Below the pieces are notes generated by a model that did not search any database, was not told the origin of the DNA, and was given only the letters and a program-made list of their open reading frames with translations. A stretch of DNA of 64,000 nucleotides from an uncultured Thermoleophilia bacterium (GTDB lineage: Bacteria > Actinomycetota > Thermoleophilia > UBA2241), in assembly GCA_963715985.1 (NCBI GenBank), contig CAVQSP010000011.1, forward strand, positions 544,001 through 608,000. The letters run 5' to 3'. This document shows positions 1-9,121 of the stretch, one piece after another (the first letter of the stretch is position 1; every line of letters starts with the position of its first letter). Both the position numbers and the translations under genes were made by a program.

Positions 1-342
1 GCTCAATCCCACCGTGCCGTACACGAGCTCCACCCCGGCGGTGGGGCACATCGTGGCCCACTCGGCGTAGACGAAGCCGATCGGCAGGACGGCGATCATC
101 ATGAGACCGAAGCCGATGAACGTGAACGGGCCGGTGGTGGTGAGGAAGAAGCCGTCCCAGTACGCCATGAACGTGAAGATGGCGCCGGTGGCGATGGCGT
201 AGACGTAGAACAGGCGCAGGGACCTCTTGAGCGTGCCTGAGCCGGCGTAGTACTTGTCCCGCATCGCCAGCTCTTCGGCGGTCTCACCGGGCGACGCCGG
301 CACGTCCGCGTATTCTGACTTCTTGGTGGGCTCGTCTGCCAT
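1..342 (-). CDS. APC-family amino acid permease, N-terminal part (runs off window edge)
   Basis: My translation from ATG 342 (GGGGAC RBS upstream): MADEPTKKSEY...GTLKRSLRLFYVYAIATGAIFTFMAYWDG...IGFVYAEWATMCPTAGVELVY. The LKRSL...AIATGA and YAE...P-AG motifs are typical of APC permeases. Not in the ORF track because there is no stop in the window. Confidence 0.8.
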   Translation of the reverse strand, partial: MADEPTKKSEYADVPASPGETAEELAMRDKYYAGSGTLKRSLRLFYVYAIATGAIFTFMAYWDGFFLTTTGPFTFIGFGLMMIAVLPIGFVYAEWATMCPTAGVELVYGTVGLS

Positions 343-423
343 TTCATGTCCCCCGTTTCCGCGTGCCTGTGACCTGTCGGCGCCCGCGCCGGACGCCTCT
401 CACTCACACGTCGAGTCGGGCGA

Positions 424-1548
424 TCAGGCTGATACTCTGACCGCGATCTCCTCGTCATAGCCCGTCACCACGCGCATGTAGCCGGTCAGCATGGCGTTGG
501 TCTCCTCGCTGCCGGTGTCCACGAGCAGTGGCTTGCCGCCGAGGGCGGCGATCTTCTGTCTGGTCGCGACCACCGTGATGTGATCCCTGCCGACGCGCTG
601 GATGACGCGCGGGCTGAGCTGCTGGTTGCCGCGGCCGAAGATGTATCCCTGGCCGCCGATGACGGTGACGACGATCCTGGCCGGTGCGCCTCCTTTCGGC
701 CCGAGCAGGTCCAGGAGCTGGTGTTCTGTGACGTCGGCGGCGACCAGCTCGCGCCCGCGCGTGACGTCTACGCCGAGCAGCGTGCCGGCGATGCCGAGAC
801 GCCTCTTGATGCCGAAGACCGTGCTGCCCGTCCCGAGGAGGTAGAGCGTCTCGGGATCCATGCGGTCCATGAGGCGAAAGGCGATCGCGTCGAGCGCGTT
901 CTCGTCGGACGCGGTACGCCCCGCCTTGCCGCCCTGCACGCGGGCCTCGTCCCGGGGCACCGTGAGGTAGCCGAAGAGCTCGGCCGAGACGCGCCCCTGG
1001 CGGAACGCCTCCTCGTCGATGTCCATGACCTCGGCCTGCTTGACCTTGGTGACCTTGCCCTGCAGGTACAGGGCGGCCAGCTCGCCGGCGTTGCGCGGGT
1101 TGATGCCGTACACGCCGGAGTGGATCTTGCAGCCGGCCGGGACGCCGAGACACACGGCGTCGGGGCCGGCCGCTGCATACACGTCGCGGGCCGTGCCGTC
1201 ACCGCCCGCGAAGAGGATGAGGTCGACACCCGCCGCGGCCATCTCCGCGGCAGCGCGGCGGGTGTCGTCGCTCGTGGTCGTCTCACCGTTCGTGCCGAAC
1301 AGCACCGTGGGCGTGAAGCCGGCCGCGACGGCCTCGGCCTCGCCCATGTCTCCCGACACGGTGAGGATCTCGACGTCATCCCTGAGCGGCTCGAGCCGGC
1401 TCAGGGCCAGCTGTGCGCGGCCGGGCGCCTCGGGTTCGGCCCCGAGCGCGCAGGCCTGGGCCAGGATCTCGGCGCCGTCCGTGCCTTTGAGACCGCACCG
1501 GCCGCCCATGCCGGCGATGGGGTTGACGATGAGGCCGACCCGCTTCAC
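424..1548 (-). CDS. ATP-NAD kinase family protein (AcoX-like)
   Basis: VKRVGLIVNPIAGMGGRCGLKGTDG, GGDGTARD, GVPAGCKIHSGVY and GGQGYIFGRGNQQLSP motifs; GTG start just after the gcvPB stop. Confidence 0.85.
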   Translation of the reverse strand: MKRVGLIVNPIAGMGGRCGLKGTDGAEILAQACALGAEPEAPGRAQLALSRLEPLRDDVEILTVSGDMGEAEAVAAGFTPTVLFGTNGETTTSDDTRRAAAEMAAAGVDLILFAGGDGTARDVYAAAGPDAVCLGVPAGCKIHSGVYGINPRNAGELAALYLQGKVTKVKQAEVMDIDEEAFRQGRVSAELFGYLTVPRDEARVQGGKAGRTASDENALDAIAFRLMDRMDPETLYLLGTGSTVFGIKRRLGIAGTLLGVDVTRGRELVAADVTEHQLLDLLGPKGGAPARIVVTVIGGQGYIFGRGNQQLSPRVIQRVGRDHITVVATRQKIAALGGKPLLVDTGSEETNAMLTGYMRVVTGYDEEIAVRVSA

Positions 1549-1555
1549 GGCGCCG

Positions 1556-3121
1556 TCACGCGATCCCGTGCTTGCGCTTGTAGGCCCGCCACGTGGTGGC
1601 CCACTTCGTCGGGTCATCGAGCTCCTCTTCCGCGGAGCGCTTGTGCGCCGCGCACTTGTGCGGGGCGTTCTTGACGAACTCCGGGTCCTCGCGAGCCTCT
1701 TGCGCGATCTGCCGAAGCACGAGGGAGTACTCCTCGAGGTCCTCCTTGGAGAAGGTCTCGCAGGGCTCGATGGTCATCGGCTCGGGGACAACCCACGGGT
1801 GGTGGCTCGACCAGTAGTGCTGCAGGCCGAAGTCGCCGACGCGCCGCAGGATGTCGTCCGTGCCGACGCCGGTCTCCTCGGTGAGCTCCTGCCACGACCA
1901 GCGGCACTCCTCGAGGCGGCGATGGCCCTCGGCGTATGGATGCGTGAGGCCCGGGATGTCCTCGCACATCTTCATGAAGTAGTTGTTGTTGAGGGCCGAC
2001 ATCTCGGCCGTCTCCCTGAGGCCCTTGGGGCCCATCGTCACCGCCCAGGCGTAGGCCCTGAGGACCACGCCGGCGGAGCCCAGGAAGCCCTTGATCTTGC
2101 CGATGGACTCCGGGCGGTCGAAGTCGAGGTAGAAGCGGCCGCTGGCCGGGTCCTTCTCCACCACCGGGTAGGGCAGGTACTTGGCGAACTCCTCGCGGCA
2201 GCCCATGGCGCCGGTGCCCGGGCCGGAACCGGCGTGCGGGGTGCCGAAGGTCTTGTGGAGGTTGTAGTGGCAGAGGTCGAAGCCCGCGTCCCGCGTGCGG
2301 GCGATGCCCATGAGGACGTTGCCGTTGGCCTGGTCGTTGAAGCACACGGCCCCGGCCGCCTTGGCGACCTTGACGAACTCCTCGATGAGCGGGTTGTAGA
2401 TGCCGGTGTCCTCGGGGTTCGTGAAGAAGATGGCCGCCGTCTGCGGACCCACGACCGCCTTCATGGCCTCGAGGTCGGGGTAACCGTCCTCCTTGGGCAT
2501 CAGCGTGACGATCTTGTACCCCGCGGTGGCCGGGGAGGCCGCGTCGCAGGGGTGAGAGAACATGCTGGTGACGACCTCGGTGCGCTGGTCCCCCTCGCCG
2601 CGGTCACGGTGGTAGGCACGGATGATCGAGGCGGCGGTGAAGACGCCGTGGGCGCCGCCGCCGGGCTGCAGCGTGAAGCGGTCCATGCCCGACACGGCCT
2701 TCATGATCTGCTCGTGCTCCCAGTAGATCTCGAGGATGCCCTGCAGGGTCTCGTCGTCCTGCCACGGGTGCACGTTCGCGAAACGCGAGTACGCGACGAG
2801 GTCCTCGTTGATCCGCGGGTTGTACTTCATGGTGCAGGTGCCCTGGCTCATGTCGGCGTGCAGGTTGGAGCCGTTGGTCTCCTGCGAGAGGTGGAGGAAG
2901 TGGGCGAGCACGTGCTTCTGGTCGACCTCCGGCAGCGCCGGGGCCTCCGAGCGACGGATGCTCTCGGGCAGCCGGCCGGCCACGTCACCGACGGCGTCGA
3001 CGATCTCCGCGTCCGGCGCCGGCGGATACATGCCGCGGGTGCCGGGCGTGGACAGCTCGAAGATCATCGGCTCGTCCCAGCGAGCCTGGTGGTAGTTCTT
3101 GCGCACCTTCACGATGGCCAT
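1556..3121 (-). CDS. gcvPB: Glycine dehydrogenase (decarboxylating) subunit 2-like, divergent GcvPB
   Basis: QGTCTMKYNP, TLQPGGGAHG, TNPEDTG and the PLP-lysine motif HYNLHKTFGTPHAGSGPG; start overlaps the gcvPA stop at 3121. Confidence 0.85.
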   Translation of the reverse strand: MAIVKVRKNYHQARWDEPMIFELSTPGTRGMYPPAPDAEIVDAVGDVAGRLPESIRRSEAPALPEVDQKHVLAHFLHLSQETNGSNLHADMSQGTCTMKYNPRINEDLVAYSRFANVHPWQDDETLQGILEIYWEHEQIMKAVSGMDRFTLQPGGGAHGVFTAASIIRAYHRDRGEGDQRTEVVTSMFSHPCDAASPATAGYKIVTLMPKEDGYPDLEAMKAVVGPQTAAIFFTNPEDTGIYNPLIEEFVKVAKAAGAVCFNDQANGNVLMGIARTRDAGFDLCHYNLHKTFGTPHAGSGPGTGAMGCREEFAKYLPYPVVEKDPASGRFYLDFDRPESIGKIKGFLGSAGVVLRAYAWAVTMGPKGLRETAEMSALNNNYFMKMCEDIPGLTHPYAEGHRRLEECRWSWQELTEETGVGTDDILRRVGDFGLQHYWSSHHPWVVPEPMTIEPCETFSKEDLEEYSLVLRQIAQEAREDPEFVKNAPHKCAAHKRSAEEELDDPTKWATTWRAYKRKHGIA

Positions 3122-4514
3122 CAGAGGATCTCCTTCAAGCTGCCGACGAGTGCGTCCAGGTCGTCCTTGGTGTGGACCTCGGTCACGCAGTAGAGGGCAC
3201 TCTGGCCAAGTGCGGGGAACCACCCGGACAGGTCCTTGCCACCGAAGATCCTGCGCTCGAGCAGGGCGGCGTTGATGTCGGCGACCGTCTTGCCGGTGCC
3301 GTCAAAACCGACCACGAACTCCTTGAAGAACGGGCCCGAGAAGTGCGGCGCCTTGACGCCCGGGAGGGCCGCCAGCTGCCGGGCCAGATAGGCCGAGCGC
3401 TGCATGATGCCCTCGCCGATCTCCTTCATGCCCTGCGGGCCCATGAGCGAGAGGTACACGCCGGCGCCGATGCCGTGCAGCTGCGCCATGGTGCCGAGGA
3501 AGTCCTTGGCCTTCTCGCGGGACGCGTACCGAGGTGCGCTCGAAGAAGACCTCGCCGAAGCCGTACTCGCCCTCGACGATGGTCGGAGTGACGCCGAACA
3601 TCAGAGCGTTGAACTCGGCGAAGTACGTCGGGTCGTCCTGGGTGGCGATGAAGCCGCCCTGGCCACCGCCGCACTGCATGGGGATGCCGAGGCCCTGGAC
3701 GTCGCCGCAGGCGATGTCCACACCGTATCTCGCCGGGGCCTCGAGGACGCCGAGCGAGATGGGGTCGACGCCGGCGGCCACAACACCGCCCGCGCCGTGC
3801 ACGATCTCGGCGATGGCGGCCCCCTGATGCTCGATCACCCCGAGGAAGGAGGGGTTCTCGTAGTAGAACACGGCGACCTTGTCGGTCATCTTCTTCTTGA
3901 GGTCCTCGAGGTCGAGCAGGCCGGTCTCGGGGTCGTGCTCCACGGGCGTGATGGTGGGCACGGTGGACCAGGCGTAGTTGCGCATGCACGAGAGGCGGTC
4001 CGGGCTGATGACGGCCGAGACCAGGGCCTCGGAGCGCCCGTTGATGCGGGCGCCCATGCGGATGGCCGTGGCGGCCGCCATGCCCCAGTCGTAGGTGGGA
4101 GTGTTGACCGCGTCCATCTCGAGGAGCTCGGCCATGCAGCTGGCGTACTCGAACTGCGCCTGCCACTTGCCGTGATCGGCGTAGGCCTCACCCACGTAGG
4201 AGGTGAGGAACTCGTCGCGGCCCATGATGGTGGTGACCACCGAGGGCACGTAGTGGTTGTACACGCCGCCGCCGAGGAAGCCGATGTACTCCTTGCAGTC
4301 CTTGTTCTTGTCCAGCAGGCCCTCGACGTGCCGCCGCAGTGCGGCCTCCGAGGCGTAGGGGCCCGGCGTGTCGAGCTCGCCCTTGATACCGCAGGTGGTC
4401 GGGGATCTCGGCGAAGATGTCCTCGACGCTCGCGATCCCGACCGCGTCGAGCATCTGCTTCTTGACTGCCGGTACAGAGTTGGGGATGTACGGGAAGACT
4501 TCTGGATCAGTCAT
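3121..4514 (-). CDS. gcvPA: Glycine dehydrogenase (decarboxylating) subunit 1-like, GcvPA; frameshifts near 4385 and 3530
   Basis: Three pieces join into a full GcvPA: MTDPEVFPYIPNS...IPDHLR, FLGGGVYNHYVP...GIPMQCGGGQGGF, and HGIGAGVYLSLMGPQG...CVTEVHTKDDLD. Confidence 0.8.
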
Positions 4515-4693
4515 CAGCCCAGACCTCCACTGGTCGTTTGGCACGAGGGACGGGAAGAACTGCCTGAGGTGGCCTCCTCGATCGTGCGCAGCGCGCGGAT
4601 TGAGCGGTGGCGCACGTCCGGAGCGCTATGCGGGGGCTCTCCGGCGTGCGAAGTGCAATCCGCAGGATATGATTCCGATTCGGCGTTGCAAAC

Positions 4694-4747
4694 ATGGGTA
4701 GTTCATGGTTTTCTCCTGTGGCTGACCTATGAGTTCTCGCATGGGGC
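4694..4747. promoter_or_regulatory. Phased ATG(G/A)G-type heptamers, candidate LuxR/NarL-type binding sites in the divergent gcvPA/regulator promoter
   Basis: ATGGGTA 4694, ATGGTTT 4705, ATGAGTT 4729 and ATGGGGC 4741 in an AT-enriched patch; the first reads TACCCAT on the minus strand, matching the NarL heptamer. Confidence 0.35.
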
Positions 4748-4751
4748 CTGA

Positions 4752-6263
4752 ATGGATCCACAGCTCGCCGACATCCACGAGGCGCTGATCACCACGCTCG
4801 CCTGGCGGCGGGCGCCGGCTGCCGCGCTCGATCGGGAGACCGGCGTCCTGGTCGCGTCCAACGGGGACGGGCCGACCGGCGACGACGTCACGGCCGGCCT
4901 CCCCTCGCGCCTGTTCGAGTTCGGCGGCCTGCAGCTCCGCCTGGCCGCCGGGTCGCTCGCCACCAACGAGCCCGACCGCGAGATCCCATCCATCGTCACC
5001 GACACGATGCTGCGCCGCATCGTGGAGGCCCACTTCGCCGTGTGGTACGTGTGGCACGTACCCACCGGCGTGTGCATCGTGCCGGGCATGCGCGAGCTGC
5101 TGGACATCCCGCAGGAGGAGGTGCCGACCATCGTGGAGGACTGGCTGGGGCGCGTGCACCCCGACGACCTCCCCAGGATGGTGGCCGAGAACGACGAGGC
5201 GCTCCGCTCGACCTCACCCTTCCGCAGCGAGTACCGCTTCCGCCGCGGCGACGGCACCTACATCTCGATCAGCGACTGGGGCATCGTGCTGGCGGGGGCC
5301 GACGGCACGGCGGAGTGGATGGCCGGCGGCCTCCGCGACATCACCGTCGAGAAGTCACTGGAGCAGGCGCGCGAAGAGGCGGAGCGCCTGCGCGAGGTCC
5401 TCTTTCAGCACGCGCCGGTGCCGACGTTCCTCATCGACGGCGGCGGGGTGCTGGTCGACGCCAGCCAGTCGGCGCTGGACTTCCTGCAGGTGCGGCGCGA
5501 CGCGGTGGTGGGCCACCCCGCGGTGGAGATCCTGCCCGTCGAGCTCGTGGAGCGCACGCGCGCGCCGCACGCAGCCACCGCGCCGGACGACCTGCCCGGC
5601 GCTACCGAGGTGGACCTCGAGGTCGCGGGCGCCCGCAAGTGGCTGCTCGCCACCGTGGTGCCCTTCGCCGCCGGCGACGCCCAGATGGCCTTCGTCCTCG
5701 GGGCCGACGTGACCGAGCGCAGGCGCGCCGCGGAGGCACTCGCCGAGTCGGAGGCCTCGTTGCGCGAGAAGACGCTGGCCCTGGAGAAGCACAACGTGGC
5801 CCTGCGCGTGCTCATCGACCAGCGCCGCAACGACCTCGAGGAGCGGCGCCGCATCCTCGCCGAGAACCTGGAACAGCTCGTCTTCCCGACGCTCGACCGG
5901 CTCGCAGAGGCCTTCTCCGACCACGCCGAGGTGGCGCTGCTCGACGTGGTCCGTCAGACCCTCAACGAGATCGCCGATCCTCTGCTGGAGGCGCCCGGAG
6001 CCGGACTCGACCGCTCGCAGGGCCTGAGCCGGCGCGAGTACCAGGTCCTGCAGCTCGTGCGCGCCGGCAAGACGTCCGAGGAGATCGCGCGAGCGCTGTA
6101 CCTGTCGCCGACCACGGTCACCTTCCACCGCGGCAACATCCGCCGCAAGCTGGGCCTGCAGGGCAGCGGGGTGCGCCTCGCGTCGCGCGTCGCCGTGGAC
6201 TCACTCTCGCCGCTCCGGAAGTACGTACCGCCCACCGGGCTCGGCGACGAGCTGCCGGTGTAG
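4752..6263 (+). CDS. PAS/PAC-PAS-LuxR HTH transcriptional regulator
   Basis: VHPDD...EYRFRRGDGTYISISDWG...DIT (PAS/PAC), a second PAS ending DVTERR, a coiled coil, and the C-terminal LuxR HTH LSRREYQVLQLVRAGKTSEEIARALYLSPTTVTFHRGNIRRKLGL. Confidence 0.9.
   Translation: MDPQLADIHEALITTLAWRRAPAAALDRETGVLVASNGDGPTGDDVTAGLPSRLFEFGGLQLRLAAGSLATNEPDREIPSIVTDTMLRRIVEAHFAVWYVWHVPTGVCIVPGMRELLDIPQEEVPTIVEDWLGRVHPDDLPRMVAENDEALRSTSPFRSEYRFRRGDGTYISISDWGIVLAGADGTAEWMAGGLRDITVEKSLEQAREEAERLREVLFQHAPVPTFLIDGGGVLVDASQSALDFLQVRRDAVVGHPAVEILPVELVERTRAPHAATAPDDLPGATEVDLEVAGARKWLLATVVPFAAGDAQMAFVLGADVTERRRAAEALAESEASLREKTLALEKHNVALRVLIDQRRNDLEERRRILAENLEQLVFPTLDRLAEAFSDHAEVALLDVVRQTLNEIADPLLEAPGAGLDRSQGLSRREYQVLQLVRAGKTSEEIARALYLSPTTVTFHRGNIRRKLGLQGSGVRLASRVAVDSLSPLRKYVPPTGLGDELPV
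5911..6203 (+). repeat. Copy 1 of a ~290 bp duplicated LuxR-HTH segment (copy 2 at 7988-8280)
   Basis: CCTTCTCCGACCACGCCGAGGTG... starts at 5911 and at 7988; identical for about the first 110 bp, then synonymous differences. Confidence 0.9.
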
Positions 6264-6341
6264 TCCCGGCCGCACCCGGCGTGGCGCACCCGGCGGAGGG
6301 TCAGGGCTGCCGACGCGGCTGCGCCGGACCCCGGCGGCACG

Positions 6342-7109
6342 TCACGGCGACGCCGGACTGCCCACGGGCAGCAGGTACAGCGGCTCCTCGCCGAAGCCGA
6401 GCTCGAGGACCAGACCCACGGCGTGGTCGTCGAAGGCGCCTGTCGGCACCGCTCCGAGGCCCAGAGCCACAGCCTGCAGGCACACGTTCTCGGCGGCGTG
6501 GCCGGCCTCGAGGACGACGTAGCGGCGCCCGCGCTCGCCGTACTTCGCGGTCGTGCGAGAGAAGACAGCCGTGAGCGCGAGTGTGAGCGGCGCGGCCCCT
6601 ATCGCGGGCTGAGAGAGCGCCGCGTCGCACAGCCGCCGGCTGACCGGCTCCTCGGTCACGAGCTCCAGCCCGTGGCTCTCCGGGATGTAGCGGTAGACCC
6701 CGGGTGGCAGTCCCGCCACCCGGGAGACGGCTGCGTAGACCTCCAGCGGATAGAGCGCGCCGGCGGAGGGCGCGGTGCGCAGACCGCCGGCCGGCTGGGT
6801 GATCCCCTGCGCCGCCCACAGCAGCTGTCCGAGCTGGGTCAGCGTGAGCGGCGCGGCGGCGAACTCGCGCACCGACCTCCGCCGATACAACGCCTCTTCG
6901 AGCGACATGAGACCGCTCGCACGCGGCGACGGCAGGACCACGAGGCGCCGGGCAGGTGCGGTCGGAGTGACCACCGGGACAGCTTCCTGAGAAGGCCGGC
7001 CGGGAGACGCGCCGCCGGTGGAGAGCTCGCCGCACGAGGTCGCACCGAGAGGCACGGCGAGACTGACCGCCACGAGAAGCGTCAGGCCCGCGACGTGCCG
7101 GAGTCGCAC
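6342..7109 (-). CDS. SagB/ThcOx-family nitroreductase-like dehydrogenase with possible lipoprotein signal; start uncertain (7109 or 7175)
   Basis: SLEEALYRRRSVREF, LLWAAQGIT, RTAPSAGALYPLE, EAGHAAENVCLQA; N-terminal hydrophobic stretch ending LGATSC. Confidence 0.85.
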   Translation of the reverse strand: MRLRHVAGLTLLVAVSLAVPLGATSCGELSTGGASPGRPSQEAVPVVTPTAPARRLVVLPSPRASGLMSLEEALYRRRSVREFAAAPLTLTQLGQLLWAAQGITQPAGGLRTAPSAGALYPLEVYAAVSRVAGLPPGVYRYIPESHGLELVTEEPVSRRLCDAALSQPAIGAAPLTLALTAVFSRTTAKYGERGRRYVVLEAGHAAENVCLQAVALGLGAVPTGAFDDHAVGLVLELGFGEEPLYLLPVGSPASP

Positions 7110-7397
7110 GCCACCCGCGGCCGCACCCGGCGAATGTCCCCGACCCTCGCCGCCCCGTGCCGCCGTCGCGCCCATGGTGCCTCCCGCCGCACGAGGCCGG
7201 GCGCCGCGGTGCCGCGGAATCGCCGACGGTACGGCTGCCTGCAAGGTGCCCCGCACGAAAGCGACCAAACCGATGGGCCCCTGGCCGGCCTAGGCAACAT
7301 GCTGCCACGCCCCGCAGATGCGAGGCTCGCTGCAGCGACGTCGCGCGGCGCCGGCATGAGCGCACGCGCGGGGAACCCTGGATGCTGGAGGACCGCC

Positions 7398-7988
7398 ATG
7401 GCCATTCTGCTCGACTCGGCATCACTCGACGACGCGGCCGCGGCGGCCGGGCTCGGGTTCGTGCGAGGCATCACGACGAACCCCGCACTCATGGCGAAGG
7501 AGACGAAGGAGCCGCTGGCGCACCTCGAGCGGCTCCTCGCCGCCTTCCCCGAGGGCCCGATCTGCTACCAGCCGACGCGCACGTCCTACGAGGAGATGGA
7601 CCGTGAGGCGCGAGCGGCGGCGGCCCTCGCGCCCGACCGCGTCGTCGCCAAGCTGCCCGCGACCCTGGACGCCGTCCGGCTGGCCGGCGCACTCCGCGCC
7701 GACGGCTTCCGCCGCGCCCTCACCGCCGTCTACGCGCCGGCGCAGGCGCTGCTGGCGCACGAGACCGGCTGCGTCTGGATCATCCCGTACGTGGACCGGG
7801 CGGCGCGCCACTCCGCCGGCCGCGTGGTGGAGGACCTGGCGGCGGTGCTTGCGAGTCTGCGCAGCAGCACCCGCATCCTCGCCGCCAGCCTCAAGACCTC
7901 ACGGCCGGTCGTGGACGCCGTGCTGGCCGGCGCTCAGGACGTCACCGCGCCGCTCGACGTCATCCGCGCCCTACCAGCGCACCCGCTC
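7398..7988 (+). pseudogene. fsa: Fructose-6-phosphate aldolase/transaldolase-family gene, copy 1, truncated at 7988 by the LuxR-tail duplicate
   Basis: GGAGG RBS; MAILLDSAS...GITTNP...VVAKLPAT...TAVY...PYVDR...LAASLK...PAHPL, then an abrupt switch to regulator sequence. Lacks the last ~14 residues present in copy 2. Confidence 0.8.
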
Positions 7989-8340
7989 CTTCTCCGACCA
8001 CGCCGAGGTGGCGCTGCTCGACGTGGTCCGTCAGACCCTCAACGAGATCGCCGATCCTCTGCTGGAGGCGCCCGGAGCCGGACTCGACCGCTCGCAGGGC
8101 TTGAGTCGGCGCGAGTACCAGGTCCTGCAGCTCGTGCGCGCCGGCAAGACGTCCGAGGAGATCGCGCGAGCGCTGTACCTGTCGCCGACCACGGTCACGT
8201 TTCACCGCGGCAACATCCGCCGCAAGCTGGGCCTGCAGGGCAGCGGGGTGCGCCTGGCCTCGCGGGTGGCGGTGGACTCGGTGGTCGCGCCGTGGCAGCG
8301 CGCCGCGCGCGGTGCGCTGGACGGCGACCTGCCGGCGTAG
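7988..8340 (+). pseudogene. 3' fragment of a second PAS-LuxR regulator (HTH only, no start)
   Basis: FSDHAEVALLDVVRQ...LSRREYQVLQ...RKLGLQGSGVRLASRVAVDS, followed by a different tail (VVAPWQRAARGALDGDLPA*). Confidence 0.8.
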
Positions 8341-8481
8341 TTCGCGGCGAGTCGGGCGCGAGGGCGAGCAGCGCTTGAAGCGCCGCCTCCCGCGTGCGAC
8401 GCTGACGTGGTCGGAGCGGGGCCGCCGCGGGCGGCCCCGCTCCGACCGGCAGACGACCAGCGGACAGGTGGGAGACAGAAG

Positions 8482-9117
8482 ATGGCGGTGTTGCTCGATT
8501 CAGCGTCCCTGGACGACGCGGTGGCGGCCGCGCAGCTCGGCTTCGTGCGCGGCATCACCACGAACCCGGCGCTGATGGCGAAAGAGACCAGGGAGCCGCT
8601 GGCGCACCTCGAGCGGCTCCTCGCCGCCTTCCCCGAGGGTCCGATCTGCTACCAGCCCACGCGCACGTCCCCGGCGGAGATGGAGTCCGAGGCGCGAGCC
8701 GCGGCGGCCCTCGCGCCCGACCGCGTCGTCGCCAAGCTGCCGGCCACGCTGGACGCCATCACCCTGGCCGGCGCCCTGCACGAGGACGGCATCCGCTGCG
8801 CCCTCACCGCCGTGTACTCGCCGGCGCAGGCGCTGCTCGCGCACGAGACCGGCTGCGTCTGGGTGATCCCCTACGTGGACCGCGCGGCGCGGCACTCCGC
8901 GGGCCACGTGGTGGAGGAGCTGGCGGCGATGCTGGCGAGCCTGCACAGCGGCACGCGCATCCTCGCCGCCAGCCTCAAGACCTCACAGCAGGTCGTGGAC
9001 GCCGTGCTGGCCGGCTCCCAGGACATCACGGCGCCCCTCGATGTGATCCGCGCCCTGCCGGCGCACCCGCTCACGGAGTCGGCCGTGAACGAGTTCGCGG
9101 CGCACTGGGAGAGCTAG
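8482..9117 (+). CDS. fsa: Fructose-6-phosphate aldolase (FSA-type transaldolase family), intact copy
   Basis: GITTNP; CYQ (Gln rather than the transaldolase Glu); Schiff-base Lys in VVAKLPAT; TAVY and PYVDR carry the Tyr of the FSA APYVNR motif rather than transaldolase SPFVGR; HPLTESAVNEF. Confidence 0.85.
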   Translation: MAVLLDSASLDDAVAAAQLGFVRGITTNPALMAKETREPLAHLERLLAAFPEGPICYQPTRTSPAEMESEARAAAALAPDRVVAKLPATLDAITLAGALHEDGIRCALTAVYSPAQALLAHETGCVWVIPYVDRAARHSAGHVVEELAAMLASLHSGTRILAASLKTSQQVVDAVLAGSQDITAPLDVIRALPAHPLTESAVNEFAAHWES

Positions 9118-9121
9118 CGCC

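Noticed and set aside
4515-4680. Glycine riboswitch upstream of gcvPA (minus strand has GGAGAG and CTCAGG)
   Set aside because: The conserved CCGAAG element and the expected stem spacing are absent.
6423-8378. 651-aa ORF as a novel fusion protein
   Set aside because: It is antisense read-through of the SagB gene joined to truncated fsa and out-of-frame LuxR sequence.
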